Origin: Hormiphora californensis
Lineage: Eukaryota; Animalia; Ctenophora
Length of the DNA: 64,000 nt
Direction of reading: 5' to 3'
NCBI GenBank assembly: GCA_020137815.1
Contig: CM035358.1
Location: 4,402,001 to 4,466,000 of the forward strand
Part shown: piece after piece, positions 1-22,620 of the stretch
Numbering within the stretch: the stretch's first letter is position 1
Layout: each line of letters opens with the position of its first letter
Program-made: the position numbers and the translations under genes
The notes under the pieces: generated by a model
Seen by the model: the letters and a program-made list of their open reading frames with translations, nothing else
Told to the model about the DNA's origin: nothing
Databases searched by the model: none

Positions 1-1
1 T

Positions 2-385
2 GTCATAGCAACGAGTTTTGGAATTTCCATCTGGAACTTCCTGACCCAGGGCACGGTAGCAGATGACCTGAAGGATCGTCACAGGGCGTCAATTACAATG
101 ACAATGTTTACAGGCATGTTTCTGGTGTGTAATATACCAAACTTTGCAAACTATGTTCTTTATGTTGTAACGATAAACACTGGGACATACCCCGGGACTG
201 TCTATGCGAATAGTTTTATGTACAATTATAGCTGGTTAATTTCCGAAATTTTGGGACTCGTTCTGAACTCAGCATTGAATCCTATACTGTATTTATGTCG
301 CATGAAAGGTCTCAAGAGGTGGCTTGTGTATAAGTTACTGAGGCAAGATGGGTATGAGCATAGTGCTATGACTGGAAAGTTTTAG
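2..385 (+). CDS. Rhodopsin-class (class A) GPCR, C-terminal part (TM5-TM7); 5' end outside the window
   Basis: The frame is open from base 2 (VIATSFGISIWNF...). Hydrophobic segments, a TM6-like FLVCNIP and a TM7 NSALNPILY (NPxxY) motif followed by helix 8; stop at 385. Confidence 0.8.
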   Translation, partial: VIATSFGISIWNFLTQGTVADDLKDRHRASITMTMFTGMFLVCNIPNFANYVLYVVTINTGTYPGTVYANSFMYNYSWLISEILGLVLNSALNPILYLCRMKGLKRWLVYKLLRQDGYEHSAMTGKF

Positions 386-527
386 CGTTGCTTTTAGTGT
401 CAAGTTTGTATGTTTATTTTAGCTGTTATTTTAGCGCTTGTTTAAAAAAGTTGTAATATCGTTATTTGGAGACCGATGAAACTAGTTTTTAGTTCAAATA
501 ACTCATTTCTCACAGCATTTACCTCTA

Positions 528-1510
528 AGGCCTGTACTGCAAAAAATTACCTTGAACTAAAATGGCTCAAACCACCGTTTCGGCTAATTCAAAGAGTATC
601 TGATACTAAGTGTTAACTTTACAGGCTACCCTTAACCCTTATTCTAGCCATAACCGGCATAACTCTACTAAACCCAGAACCCTGTCTGGCGCCGCTAAAA
701 TCGATAAAAAAGCAGTGTCGACGCCGTGTGTACCGGCGGAATGGTTGGGGGGGCCAAATGTTTGGTGTTGAAAAACTTTGCCGCTTTTTGTACAGTTTCA
801 GATGAAATCTGAGCAAAGATATACTGATCAGCCCTAAGGTTTGCCCTATTAAAACTGATGTTCCGTCATCGGCTGTATGATTCATGCGCCGTTACGACCT
901 GGGTGTTCGGAGGCCTGTTTACAGGTGCGTGCTGCCAAAAAAGTACCATGCACTAAAACGGCTCTAACCGCCAAAGCACTCAACCGTTTTGGTTAATTCA
1001 AAGTTTATATGATAGAAGTTGTAAAGCCTTAACCCAAACCCAAACCCCAGCGCTAACCCTAACCCTATTTTAGCCTTTACCCTAAAAAACCGTGAGTGCT
1101 GACACTCCAAACACCCAGATTTTAGAGTCGAGCTCGATCTGGGTGTTTGGAGGCCTGTTTACAGGTGCGCACTGTGCACTGCCAAAAAAGTTGATTAACT
1201 AAAATGACTCTATGTAAATGTAAATGTAAATTATGCACTTAATATCCCACTCAATAGTGAATATATACCCAGAAAAATGGTGCCAACGCACAGTGCGTTA
1301 CGCACTCTCTAAAGTATCACTTTCTCAAACCACTCAAACCACTCAAACCACTCATCCGTTTTGGCTAATTCAAAGTTTATCTGGTAGGAAATGGCAAGGC
1401 CAAACCCCAATCCAAACCCCAACCCTAACCCTAACCCTACTTTAGCCCTAACCCTGAAAAACCGTTTGTCAGCACTCACGAAACACCCAGAATTTAACGC
1501 TGGCCTCGAG
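528..1510. repeat. Degenerate ~240-bp tandem repeat (3 units) containing telomere-like CCCTAA runs
   Basis: Shared blocks AGGCCTGT..., CCGTTTYGGYTAATTCAAAG and (CCCTAA)n recur near 530-660, 901-1140 and 1141-1500. Confidence 0.7.
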
Positions 1511-1751
1511 AGATCGAGCGAGTTGTGATTTTCTCCGAGCAAAAAACGACGCGCGTGCGTGCGCGGCGTAAATTCTGGATTTGCGCGTAACCCAGTTGCG
1601 GTTTTGCGCGTTTTTTAAAACCACCTTTTTTTTTGGGGGGGGAGAGCGCTCCCGTATTAAAACCTTGGTTCCGAGAGTACTCGGATGTACATGATGCATG
1701 CGCTCTCTGGCGCCAAAGGAACTCTGTGCTATAAGGCACTACAACAATCAA

Positions 1752-4700
1752 TTACATCAGATATAAATCTTCAGTAGTGTCCTCTCTCAGTCTTCCTCTG
1801 AACCCTCGAAGTGAAAGAGTGACACTCCTCACCATCGAGAAGGACAATCTTAGGCGAATATATCTCACACACTCTTCGTATCTGTTGCCACTCTTGTCTG
1901 ATTTCTTTTCTGCAAGATGCTTTACGAAGCGGGAGAACTCGCGCCCGAGGCCGCCAGTTGTTGCCATAACCAGGGGAGTAAATGCTCCACCATCCACTTC
2001 TAACACCCTATGGTTGTATCCCGTCTTCTTTTCTTTCTCGTGTTTGATGAATGTCTGGGGGATCGACTGGGCAGCATTGGATGTGGCTTGGGAGTTTAAT
2101 ACTCTTACGTCGAAGAATGCCTTGTCCATTGGTGTCCAGAAGTCCCGTGTAGAAATATCCAGTCGAGCGTGATCGTCCGTTATCGTTCCTTCAGGAAGAT
2201 CCCGCCCGTTGGTGGAAAGAAGGCGAGGTTCAATCTGAGTGTTGTAACATACTCTGTCCAGTTCCCCTGCAATGTAGTCTCGAACACGGTTGTGTCGGAG
2301 AGAAACATATCCACCTTTCTTACATGATAATGCATGTTCGATAGTGTTTTTCTCCCCACAGCAGCATGTTTCAGGCCTCGGATCCCCAACTATCGGCATG
2401 TTATACCTAACAGACATTGCATCGTGAAACTCTTGTCTCGTAAGATGGAATCGGAGTTTCTCAAGTGGCAAGCACGTGAGAAATGAAGAGGCCCCTTTCT
2501 CGCTAATCCAGTCGAGGTTTCTCTGTTCTTTGGGACTTAGCTTCTGTTTTATCTTCTCCGCCATACTCTTCAAGAGATCGTTTTTTATTTTCTTGATTGA
2601 TGCAAGCACTTCCCGCTGTTCCTCTGGTTTCTGTTTGTATTCCTTCTTCTGTTTCACAATAGCTTCACAAAGCTTGGATGTAACTGCAACAGAGTTGGCA
2701 TACTCCAGGTCAGCCATAATGACGGGATTGTCGATACCTAGTCCACCCAGGCGTGCAGGCAGGGCCATGATGTTACGAAGGTTGTCATCGATGAAAGGCT
2801 GTCCCGTTATGGCTGGTAGGAGCTTGTGAAAAATAGCGTCCTCTATTTCTTGAAGATAGCATGAGATTCCCGGGGTTGTTCTTGTGAGAAACGACCATTC
2901 CTTGCTAACTCCTATCACATAAGCTGAGTGTGCCAGCTGTGGCTCAATCTTAGCGATTTCGCACATGCTGTCAATGTCATCTAACCATTTTTTCATCTCT
3001 TCCTTCACAAACGCCTCTTTTCCTTCTTCGCTTCCAATGAACGATCCCAAATAACGATGCCCTCTAGACGTGACGTTCACATCAGGAAATAGTTGTCTGC
3101 CCTTTTCCTCAAGTCCCTTCTTGACAACCAACCAGCTCTTACCAGGATCGGGGTAGTATCCAAACGCTGGTCCAGATGCCTTAACACTTTCCCACCACTG
3201 AGAAACTTTCTCAAGTTTACCAGCACCTGTTCCATCATCAGCATAGAATATGGTGAGGACCTCTTCTAACTGGTCAAGAGTGTTGACAAAGGGCATCAAG
3301 GAGCAGGAATACATCCCCATGGCAGTGGAATCACCCTGGGTGGTACCCTCTCTTGATTGAAGTACCTCGTGGTTATCTCCATCTGTAACAAATAGGTTCG
3401 CCGGAATACCATAAGTGTTCGCAAGGTACTGATGAAATTCGGGGCACACATGTTTCATGTTACTCAAAGCAGCTTTTCTGTTCAGTGCATTAAATGCATT
3501 TGAGGCGTCTACCATCAGCACACACTCAACCTTTTCACTTTCAAATGATTTCCTCGCAGCATGGATTGCTGCCTCTACACCCGACCTCATACCTCCACAT
3601 AATTGAAGAGGAGCTGTGACAGATATTATATCCTCTTTCAATGTGCGAGTGACCACCTTACCAACAAGTCTCCGAAGCACCTCTCCTACACCTATAGGAC
3701 GTATTCCGTTTTCTTTCTTACTAAGAGGAATCAAACGGCTGGCTGTGAATGCCTCCAGGTACCGGGGTGTAACTTGTTCTGTTGCGAGCTTCCGGGCCAG
3801 GGCAGCAACTGCTTCAGCAAGTGCATATGGTTTTGTTCCAAACTGCTTAGACAGAAGCATCTGTTTCCAAAGGTCCGAGTCCGCCCCTGATGGTCCACCA
3901 GATCCCTGAAGAAAATTCGCCGCTTTTAGCACCTGCTCAGCTGATATCTCTGTAAACGCAAACTCCTTGCCTGGTGTCGGGGGGCCATGTAGTTTTGCGG
4001 ATGGTTCACCAATAGCTGGGTCCTCGGCAGCCTTAGGATGTTTCTTTTTCAGTTTCTCGGTAACTTCTGGTGTAATGGGAACCGGTGCAACATCTCCATT
4101 CCGTATCACTCGAAGGGCTGCACCAACTCTCCCCTGAAGCATCAGCCTCGAGAATGCCTTGGTTGAGTTGTTTGCAGACTTTTTCCTACTACAAAATCTT
4201 GCTTGGATCTCTCTACACTCTTTCAGGAGACCCCCATAGTTGTTGTCCTGCCACAGTATCATTCGTCGTTCGAGAGCCACAGCATGATCCTTGGCCTTGC
4301 TGTTAGTCGATGGCTTTTGTAGAAGGAGTGGAAACATAATCATCAGAAGTGTCAGCGACACCGGCATGATCGCAGTGTTGCCATTGAATGCATTGATCAG
4401 TTTAGTCGCTTCTTCAAGGAATGCTTTTCCAGCTGGGCCTTTTGGGATTGCAAAGATGTTCTTTCGAAAGAATGAGACCTCTTTATGGATCTTCTGAACC
4501 TCAACTTCTTCAGTACTAATTCCTCTCTTTTCAGCAACCTCATTGTCTCCTGTTCTTTGCACCTCCATTAACAATTCAACATAGTCATTCTTCTTTTTGC
4601 ATTTCTTGTAGCACTCCCCGCGAGATCTTAGCTCAGCCTTCATTTGCTCCACAGTTAGGTTTTGGCCCTTGCAGCATCGACAGTAGAACTTCCTACTCGA

Positions 4701-4865
4701 ATCCTTAGAAAGTCTCTCGAATACCCTTGAGCTAAGACCAGCACAATCATGGTGGAACCACCTATTGCACCTATCACAAGCAATGGAGGGCAGGTATGGC
4801 TCACAGAATTCAGCATTGCATTGATGACAAGTAGAACTTTCTTCGGACTCAGCTACGCCAGCCAT
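1752..4865 (-). CDS. Retrotransposon polyprotein: PHD finger, SAP-like motif, reverse transcriptase, Zn knuckle, restriction-like endonuclease (1037 aa)
   Basis: PHD C4HC3 (CHQC..CDRCNRWFHHDC..FYCRCC); RT motifs RPIGVGEVLRRLVGK, GVEAAIH, DASNAFN, QGD, YADD; CCCG..EHALSCKKGG knuckle; RHN..RLDI..FFDVRV..EKEKK endonuclease motifs typical of CRE/Cnl1/MoTeR-like elements. Confidence 0.92.
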   Translation of the reverse strand: MAGVAESEESSTCHQCNAEFCEPYLPSIACDRCNRWFHHDCAGLSSRVFERLSKDSSRKFYCRCCKGQNLTVEQMKAELRSRGECYKKCKKKNDYVELLMEVQRTGDNEVAEKRGISTEEVEVQKIHKEVSFFRKNIFAIPKGPAGKAFLEEATKLINAFNGNTAIMPVSLTLLMIMFPLLLQKPSTNSKAKDHAVALERRMILWQDNNYGGLLKECREIQARFCSRKKSANNSTKAFSRLMLQGRVGAALRVIRNGDVAPVPITPEVTEKLKKKHPKAAEDPAIGEPSAKLHGPPTPGKEFAFTEISAEQVLKAANFLQGSGGPSGADSDLWKQMLLSKQFGTKPYALAEAVAALARKLATEQVTPRYLEAFTASRLIPLSKKENGIRPIGVGEVLRRLVGKVVTRTLKEDIISVTAPLQLCGGMRSGVEAAIHAARKSFESEKVECVLMVDASNAFNALNRKAALSNMKHVCPEFHQYLANTYGIPANLFVTDGDNHEVLQSREGTTQGDSTAMGMYSCSLMPFVNTLDQLEEVLTIFYADDGTGAGKLEKVSQWWESVKASGPAFGYYPDPGKSWLVVKKGLEEKGRQLFPDVNVTSRGHRYLGSFIGSEEGKEAFVKEEMKKWLDDIDSMCEIAKIEPQLAHSAYVIGVSKEWSFLTRTTPGISCYLQEIEDAIFHKLLPAITGQPFIDDNLRNIMALPARLGGLGIDNPVIMADLEYANSVAVTSKLCEAIVKQKKEYKQKPEEQREVLASIKKIKNDLLKSMAEKIKQKLSPKEQRNLDWISEKGASSFLTCLPLEKLRFHLTRQEFHDAMSVRYNMPIVGDPRPETCCCGEKNTIEHALSCKKGGYVSLRHNRVRDYIAGELDRVCYNTQIEPRLLSTNGRDLPEGTITDDHARLDISTRDFWTPMDKAFFDVRVLNSQATSNAAQSIPQTFIKHEKEKKTGYNHRVLEVDGGAFTPLVMATTGGLGREFSRFVKHLAEKKSDKSGNRYEECVRYIRLRLSFSMVRSVTLSLRGFRGRLREDTTEDLYLM

Positions 4866-4868
4866 ACT

Positions 4869-4977
4869 TTCACCAACTTCACTCCGTTCACCAACTTCAC
4901 TCCGTTCACCAACTTCACTCCGTTCACCAACTTCACTCCATTCACCAACTTCACTCCGTTCACCAACTTCACTCCGT
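4869..4977. repeat. 18-bp tandem repeat x6 (TTCACCAACTTCACTCCG) in the retrotransposon 5' UTR
   Basis: Six near-identical units directly upstream of the minus-strand ATG at 4865. Confidence 0.95.
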
Positions 4978-5243
4978 TTTTGAAAAACTGTTTTGCTCTT
5001 TTTTTAAATTTCTGTGCAAGTTTTTAGAAATTTGCTTGAAGATTTTCAATTTTGTATCTTAAGGCAAAATCATCTTATACTCCTTTAAATCTCATTCGGA
5101 AAATGTGCCATTGATATACTTGGCATTTTCTACCTTCGTTACTTACCGTGAAATCAGTTGCCACCTTCGAGATGGCCCCTATCATTCCTCCGTGCGGTCG
5201 GTAAGAACTCACCAGTCACCGCCTCCTAGATGATGTGAGTTAG

Positions 5244-17285
<12,042 letters not shown>

Positions 17286-18177
17286 GGGAGAGAGCTCAGA
17301 GCACAGAGAAAAGATAGATGAAGAGAGATAAAGAAAAAGAGGTAGAGATGAGGAAGAGAGAGAGATAGGGAAAGAAAGAGAGAGATAGGGAAAGAAAGAA
17401 AGAGAGAGCGATATAATACAGTCGGACCCCGGTAAATCGATGTCCGGTAACTCGGGGTCCGACTGTATACCGAGTGGGCTGTTTTTAACTTATGTCGGGC
17501 TAAAAGATAACTAATTACCTATTACTAATTATTTCTACCAGTATCTTCTGCTGTTCTATACTTATTCAGGTTTTTAGTCTTGGAGTTGTTCTTTTCACTC
17601 CTAGAACATGTCGCCCGGAGTTTTCTATTCTGCACAAAAAGGAAAAGCTTGGATTTGCACAATTTGAAGGTTTTTGACGAGTTTGAGACCAGATATATAT
17701 ATTAGTACCTGTGTGTCTTGACCGTTACAAAAAGTTTTTGTTGACGAAAAGTTGTTGTTTCAGGAATTGGTTGTGTTCGTGAAAGTTATTTATGTTTTAC
17801 CCTCTTTTTTTTCTTGTAAATAATTATAACATTGTTCACGTGTGCGACAAGCTCTTTTTTGTTTTTTTTGCAACTTTTATAATAAAAATTAGATTCAATT
17901 GGTATATATATTGACTCGCAGGCTGATTATATGATAGACCTGCGTTATAGAGAGAAATGCTTTTTTTACAAGAAAATAGGGTCAGAATTTAATATATTTC
18001 TCTCTGATTTTGTTCTGTATACTATACTACATCAGTGCTAACTATTTGAAGTATACGGTATACTGTATACCTTCTTTATATTACAGGTGTTTTATCCCCC
18101 AATTAACTCCATGCCCAATTAACTCCATGCCCAATTAACTCCACATCCAATTAACCCAATTAACTGTTATTAGGGAG

Positions 18178-20377
18178 ATGGGTAGTGATGCTAGGACGAT
18201 TCAGCAACGGAATAGGGAGGTTGAGCAGCAGATATTAGCCATTGATAAAGCTGATGAGAGCATACACAGGTAATGATTAATGAACTGAACGCCTACACAG
18301 GTATAACTGAACTGTGTCCTATTTTTCGAGAGGGATCCATCAGAATATAATGCGAAGAAAAACTTCTGGATTTCCATCTTGGGCCCACTTTAGTCTCTTT
18401 TGAATGTGATATCATTGATAATTGTACTGTTAGTTTGCAGTTTCACACAGAGATGGAGATAGGAAGTGTATGATCCAGTTCCTATCTGTACACTAGTCTA
18501 GATCATGGTGACGTCATGTTATCTTATCTCGAGATAAGTGACGTCACAACGATCCAGTTCCTACCTGCCTACGTCACTACTAACTGTGTTTAACATTCTT
18601 ATCTCCATCCAGGATACTAGAAGATGAGATATTAGCATTCCCTAATAAGCAGATCTTGATAGATTTGTTAAAAGAAACGGGAGAGAATCCTCCCTTTTCA
18701 CCTTTACCTCCCTTTGAACACGGTAATTACTAACTTTGGTACATATAATAAATACTTGATCCACTCACAGTATTTTATCTTGAATATATATTGAATCTAC
18801 TAATATACCACTCATGTACTGCAGTGCCACCGTTGCTTGTACATAGTATGACACCACTCACACATAAAGACTGATGGGGGCAGACAAACATATTATGCCA
18901 GTTCTGGTATAACCACTTTGTTGTCATGGACGTCACGGACAGGTGTAGATTGTAGTCAGGAACCGACCGAATCAGGAAATACTAGTCCCTGATTGGCTGA
19001 TATTGGCTAATAACCAGTCACGTGACCTAAATTACGAGTTCTGATTGGTTGTTTACTTGTGTCGGGCAGGTGTAGATTGTAGTGCAAGCAATACCGTCCT
19101 AACTCCTAGGGGGTGGGGTTAGTAAAATAACGCTATAAAATTTCTCTCTCTATACATGTAAAGTATTTGTATAGTAAGATGTATAGTAAGATAGAGTATT
19201 GTGTTCATTGCCAAGAATGAATGATAAAAGGCTCCCAAGGCTATTGTGTGTGTAACGACTAGTTCCTTCCGCTATACTTCAGGGCACACTGCACACACAC
19301 GACTATTGCCTAACTGCTATGTTTTTGTTTACTTTAGTTAACTCGTAAAGCATGGCTCGTCCCCTCCTGGCAAGTGGCATATACCCACACTCCACAGATC
19401 TTGTTACAGAATACAGGCCAACACTTGCCTTGGTACAAAACACAGGCCAATACTTACCTGCCCTCTCTGAATCGGGTCGACTTCACTGTGTAGCTTGCAC
19501 AAAAATACAGTCATGATGAATTATGCCAAGCCTTGTGTGGCTCACACCGTCATTTTATGAATGTGAGGGTTCGGCAGATCAAGACAAACCAACATGAACA
19601 TCGAATTATTGCTTACAAAGAATATTGCACTGGCAAAATGTATGTTTTAGCTCACCACTTTCTGCTCCCTTCCCCTAACACAGTGGTCTAACATCTAACT
19701 CCCCTATGATACAGACACCAACACAGACAATTAAAATGTTCTTACATCTAACACAGTGTTCTAACATCTAACACAGTGTTCTAACATCTAACTCTCCCCT
19801 ATAATACAGAAGAACAGATGGCCCAGTATGATAGTATCCTAGCAAATGAAGGAATCACGCGGCCTGAAATTACATTCCCTAACGTGAGTAGTATAGGGCG
19901 GTCATATATCCTCCCGTAATATTCCAGTGTGAAGAATGTTGGCATCTATTCAAACTCTCTCGATCATACTTCTCTCAGCTAATCCCCGGAGCTAATCTCA
20001 CTTTCCCTGTAGGTTAGGAGAGTTAGTTATCTACCCCCTTCCCCAGCCACCCCCACCCCCCGGAGCTAACACCCTTTCCCTGTAGGTGGGAGAGTTCGTT
20101 ATCTACCCCCTCTCTCCCCCAGCTACCCCCCCCCCCCCCCCTTGCCAAGCTAACCCGCCCCAAGCTAACCCCCTCCCCTATGTAGGTGGGAGAGTTAGTA
20201 AGTGACCAGGAGGAGTATTGTACTAAAATAGCTCATTTAAGGGCCATCTACCTAGAGGAGATGTCGGCATACGAAAAGGTGAATGGGTGGATATTAGCAG
20301 AAGTATATTTTGCCTAAATTGTCACAATTTGCGAAGCCTTGTTACATTATTCTCTCTCTCTCTCCCTTCCTCCCTCT

Positions 20378-20429
<52 letters not shown>

Positions 20430-22573
20430 TTTTTTCTCTCTGTCATTCTGTCAGTACGCGTGTAATGACAAATAAGGAAACGACCAACCGCAAAGTCGAT
20501 AAAAACTCCGCCCATTAACGTACTTAATAGACACTGTTTAGTCTCAGTTAGCTGAAGTGCAAGAAATAACTACTATCTTCTCTCTTCTCGATCTCCCTCT
20601 CTCGATGCGATCTCCCTCTCTCGATCTCCCTCTATATCTCTCCCTCTCTATCGCTCTCTTCATACCATTCTTTCTCTATATCGCTCTCTCTCTCTGCCAC
20701 CCTTTAGCTCTCTCTCTCTCTCCGTGTATTTGTGTCTCTCCTTCCATCTATTATATCCCTCTATTATATCCCTCTATATATCATTGATCTCCTTTTTATT
20801 AGTCCATAAAAGGCATAACACTCCATAACATTCACAGGCATGCCAAGACTTTAAGGAACCTGTCCTTTCTATACTTGAAGGACAGTCAACACTTCGCCGC
20901 GTCACTGACAGGGAAAAAGATCTCGTGTTGGCGTCCATTGATCAGCGCTTTTTAGGTCCGTACACAAACACATATTATGCAAAGGGCTGAATATTTTACA
21001 CCCACCCCTTATCATATCCCGTTCTCTCATCCCTATATGTTTCTCAGGTATTCAATTACAGATTAAAGAATCGATATGTCAAGCTGTCATAGTTCTGAAG
21101 ACAAAGATCTTTGAGACACGGTCAGTTCTAAAAAACTGGAACTTTAATTTCGTTTCGACATTTGAATTCGTTCACTCTCTCGCTGATCAATTTATTCCGA
21201 CCCTTGAATTATGCAACAAACCGCACACGGGGCGCGCATCTCTGGAACGCGCGCATTTGAATGTCTCCGTTCCAAAGAAAGTACACTTTTTAGCATCGGC
21301 CTTGTGCGCGTCCCGTACCCAGAGCCTCTTTGACGATGTGTCCTGGAGAGGGCGTGGGAAATTTTCTTGATCTGTCTGGCCAATGCTCTGACAGATCTTG
21401 ATTTGTGATCAGGCTCGTAATTACTTGCTCTGTCGAACCCTCACAGAGCATAGTATGATTTACTCAATTAATTTAAGGTCCCAACTCCCACAAACTGAGA
21501 TGTCCCGTATAAGTATACCAATCATTTATTTCCCACTAGTCAATGTAATTTGGCCTTCGGCCGAAAAGGGCCGGGCCCGTCGCTCATTCTCTCTGTCTCT
21601 GTCTGTCTCTCTGTGTCTCTCTTTCTCTCTCTGTCTTCGCCAATTTTCTACTCTATATGGGGATCTCATCACGCACAGTGGACTACTGGGTGAAATGTGG
21701 GATCTGATACTCACTGGGATGATCTGATCCTCAGTGGATCTGATCCTCAGTGGAGAGGTGGTGAGGGAGTGCGGCCAGTGCGGGTGGTGCTGAGGAACAG
21801 AGAGATTGCTAGGACTATTTTGGGGAAATCAGCGACGCTTAAGGACTCTGACCAGTATCAGTCAGTGTTTGTTGCACCGGACAGATCAGTAGAAGAGAGA
21901 GCAGAGAGAAAAGAATTAGTTACTAAACTGAGAGAGAGAAGAGAAAACGAACCTGATAAAGTGTGGAGGATTAGAAGAGGCTCTATTGTAGAGAGTGAGA
22001 CGTGAGAAGTGATGCGAGAGATTAGAGAGATAGAAATTAATGAGTTAACTTTTTGAGATACGAATTTATTTTATGTTTTATAATTTTGTTATGGTTTTCA
22101 GTTTTGTAAAGACATAGTGCGGACCAGGGTGGGGTAACAGGTTCAAAGCACACATAAGACCTTACCGTCTTCGTGCTGACGACCCTGTTACGCCACCCTG
22201 AATCCTCACTCAGTTTGGTCTGTGTGGCTGGTTTGCTTCCTATTATATGTTTATTTCGGCGCAATGCCACTGCCAGCGGCAGTTTTGATTGATTGATTGA
22301 TTGAGTGGGGTGATCTGATCATGGGTGGGGTGATCTGATCCTCAATGGGATGATTTGATCATGGGTGGGGGGATCTGATCCTCAGTGGGGTGATCTAATC
22401 ATGCATGTTGGGTGATGTGATCTGTTCTTGATGACGACGATTTAGGGACCACCAAACATGCAGAGAATTAAACATTAAACGAGAATTAAACAAATAAAGA
22501 TCAAAACACTTGTACTGTGTTGCTAGATCCTAGACACGCACACCCACATACACACCCACACATACACACACAC

Positions 22574-22620
<47 letters not shown>

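Larger units (their letters stand above)
1626..4977 (-). mobile_element. CRE-clade non-LTR retrotransposon (RLE type), apparently full-length; ends approximate
   Basis: Single long ORF with RT and RLE. The 3' UTR ends in a GGGAG-CGCT-CTCCC hairpin, a C run and A9 (T run at 1626-1634 on +). The 5' UTR is made of 18-bp tandem repeats. No clear TSD found. Confidence 0.85.

Noticed and set aside
1030-1460. True telomere or chromosome end
   Set aside because: CCCTAA runs are short, degenerate and embedded in a larger repeat with genes on both sides.
1601-5167. Candidate TSDs for the CRE element (GTTTTGC..TTTTTTAAA at 1601/4990; CCACCTT at 1621/5161)
   Set aside because: The first has 3 mismatches in low-complexity sequence and the second is short enough to be chance; left unresolved.
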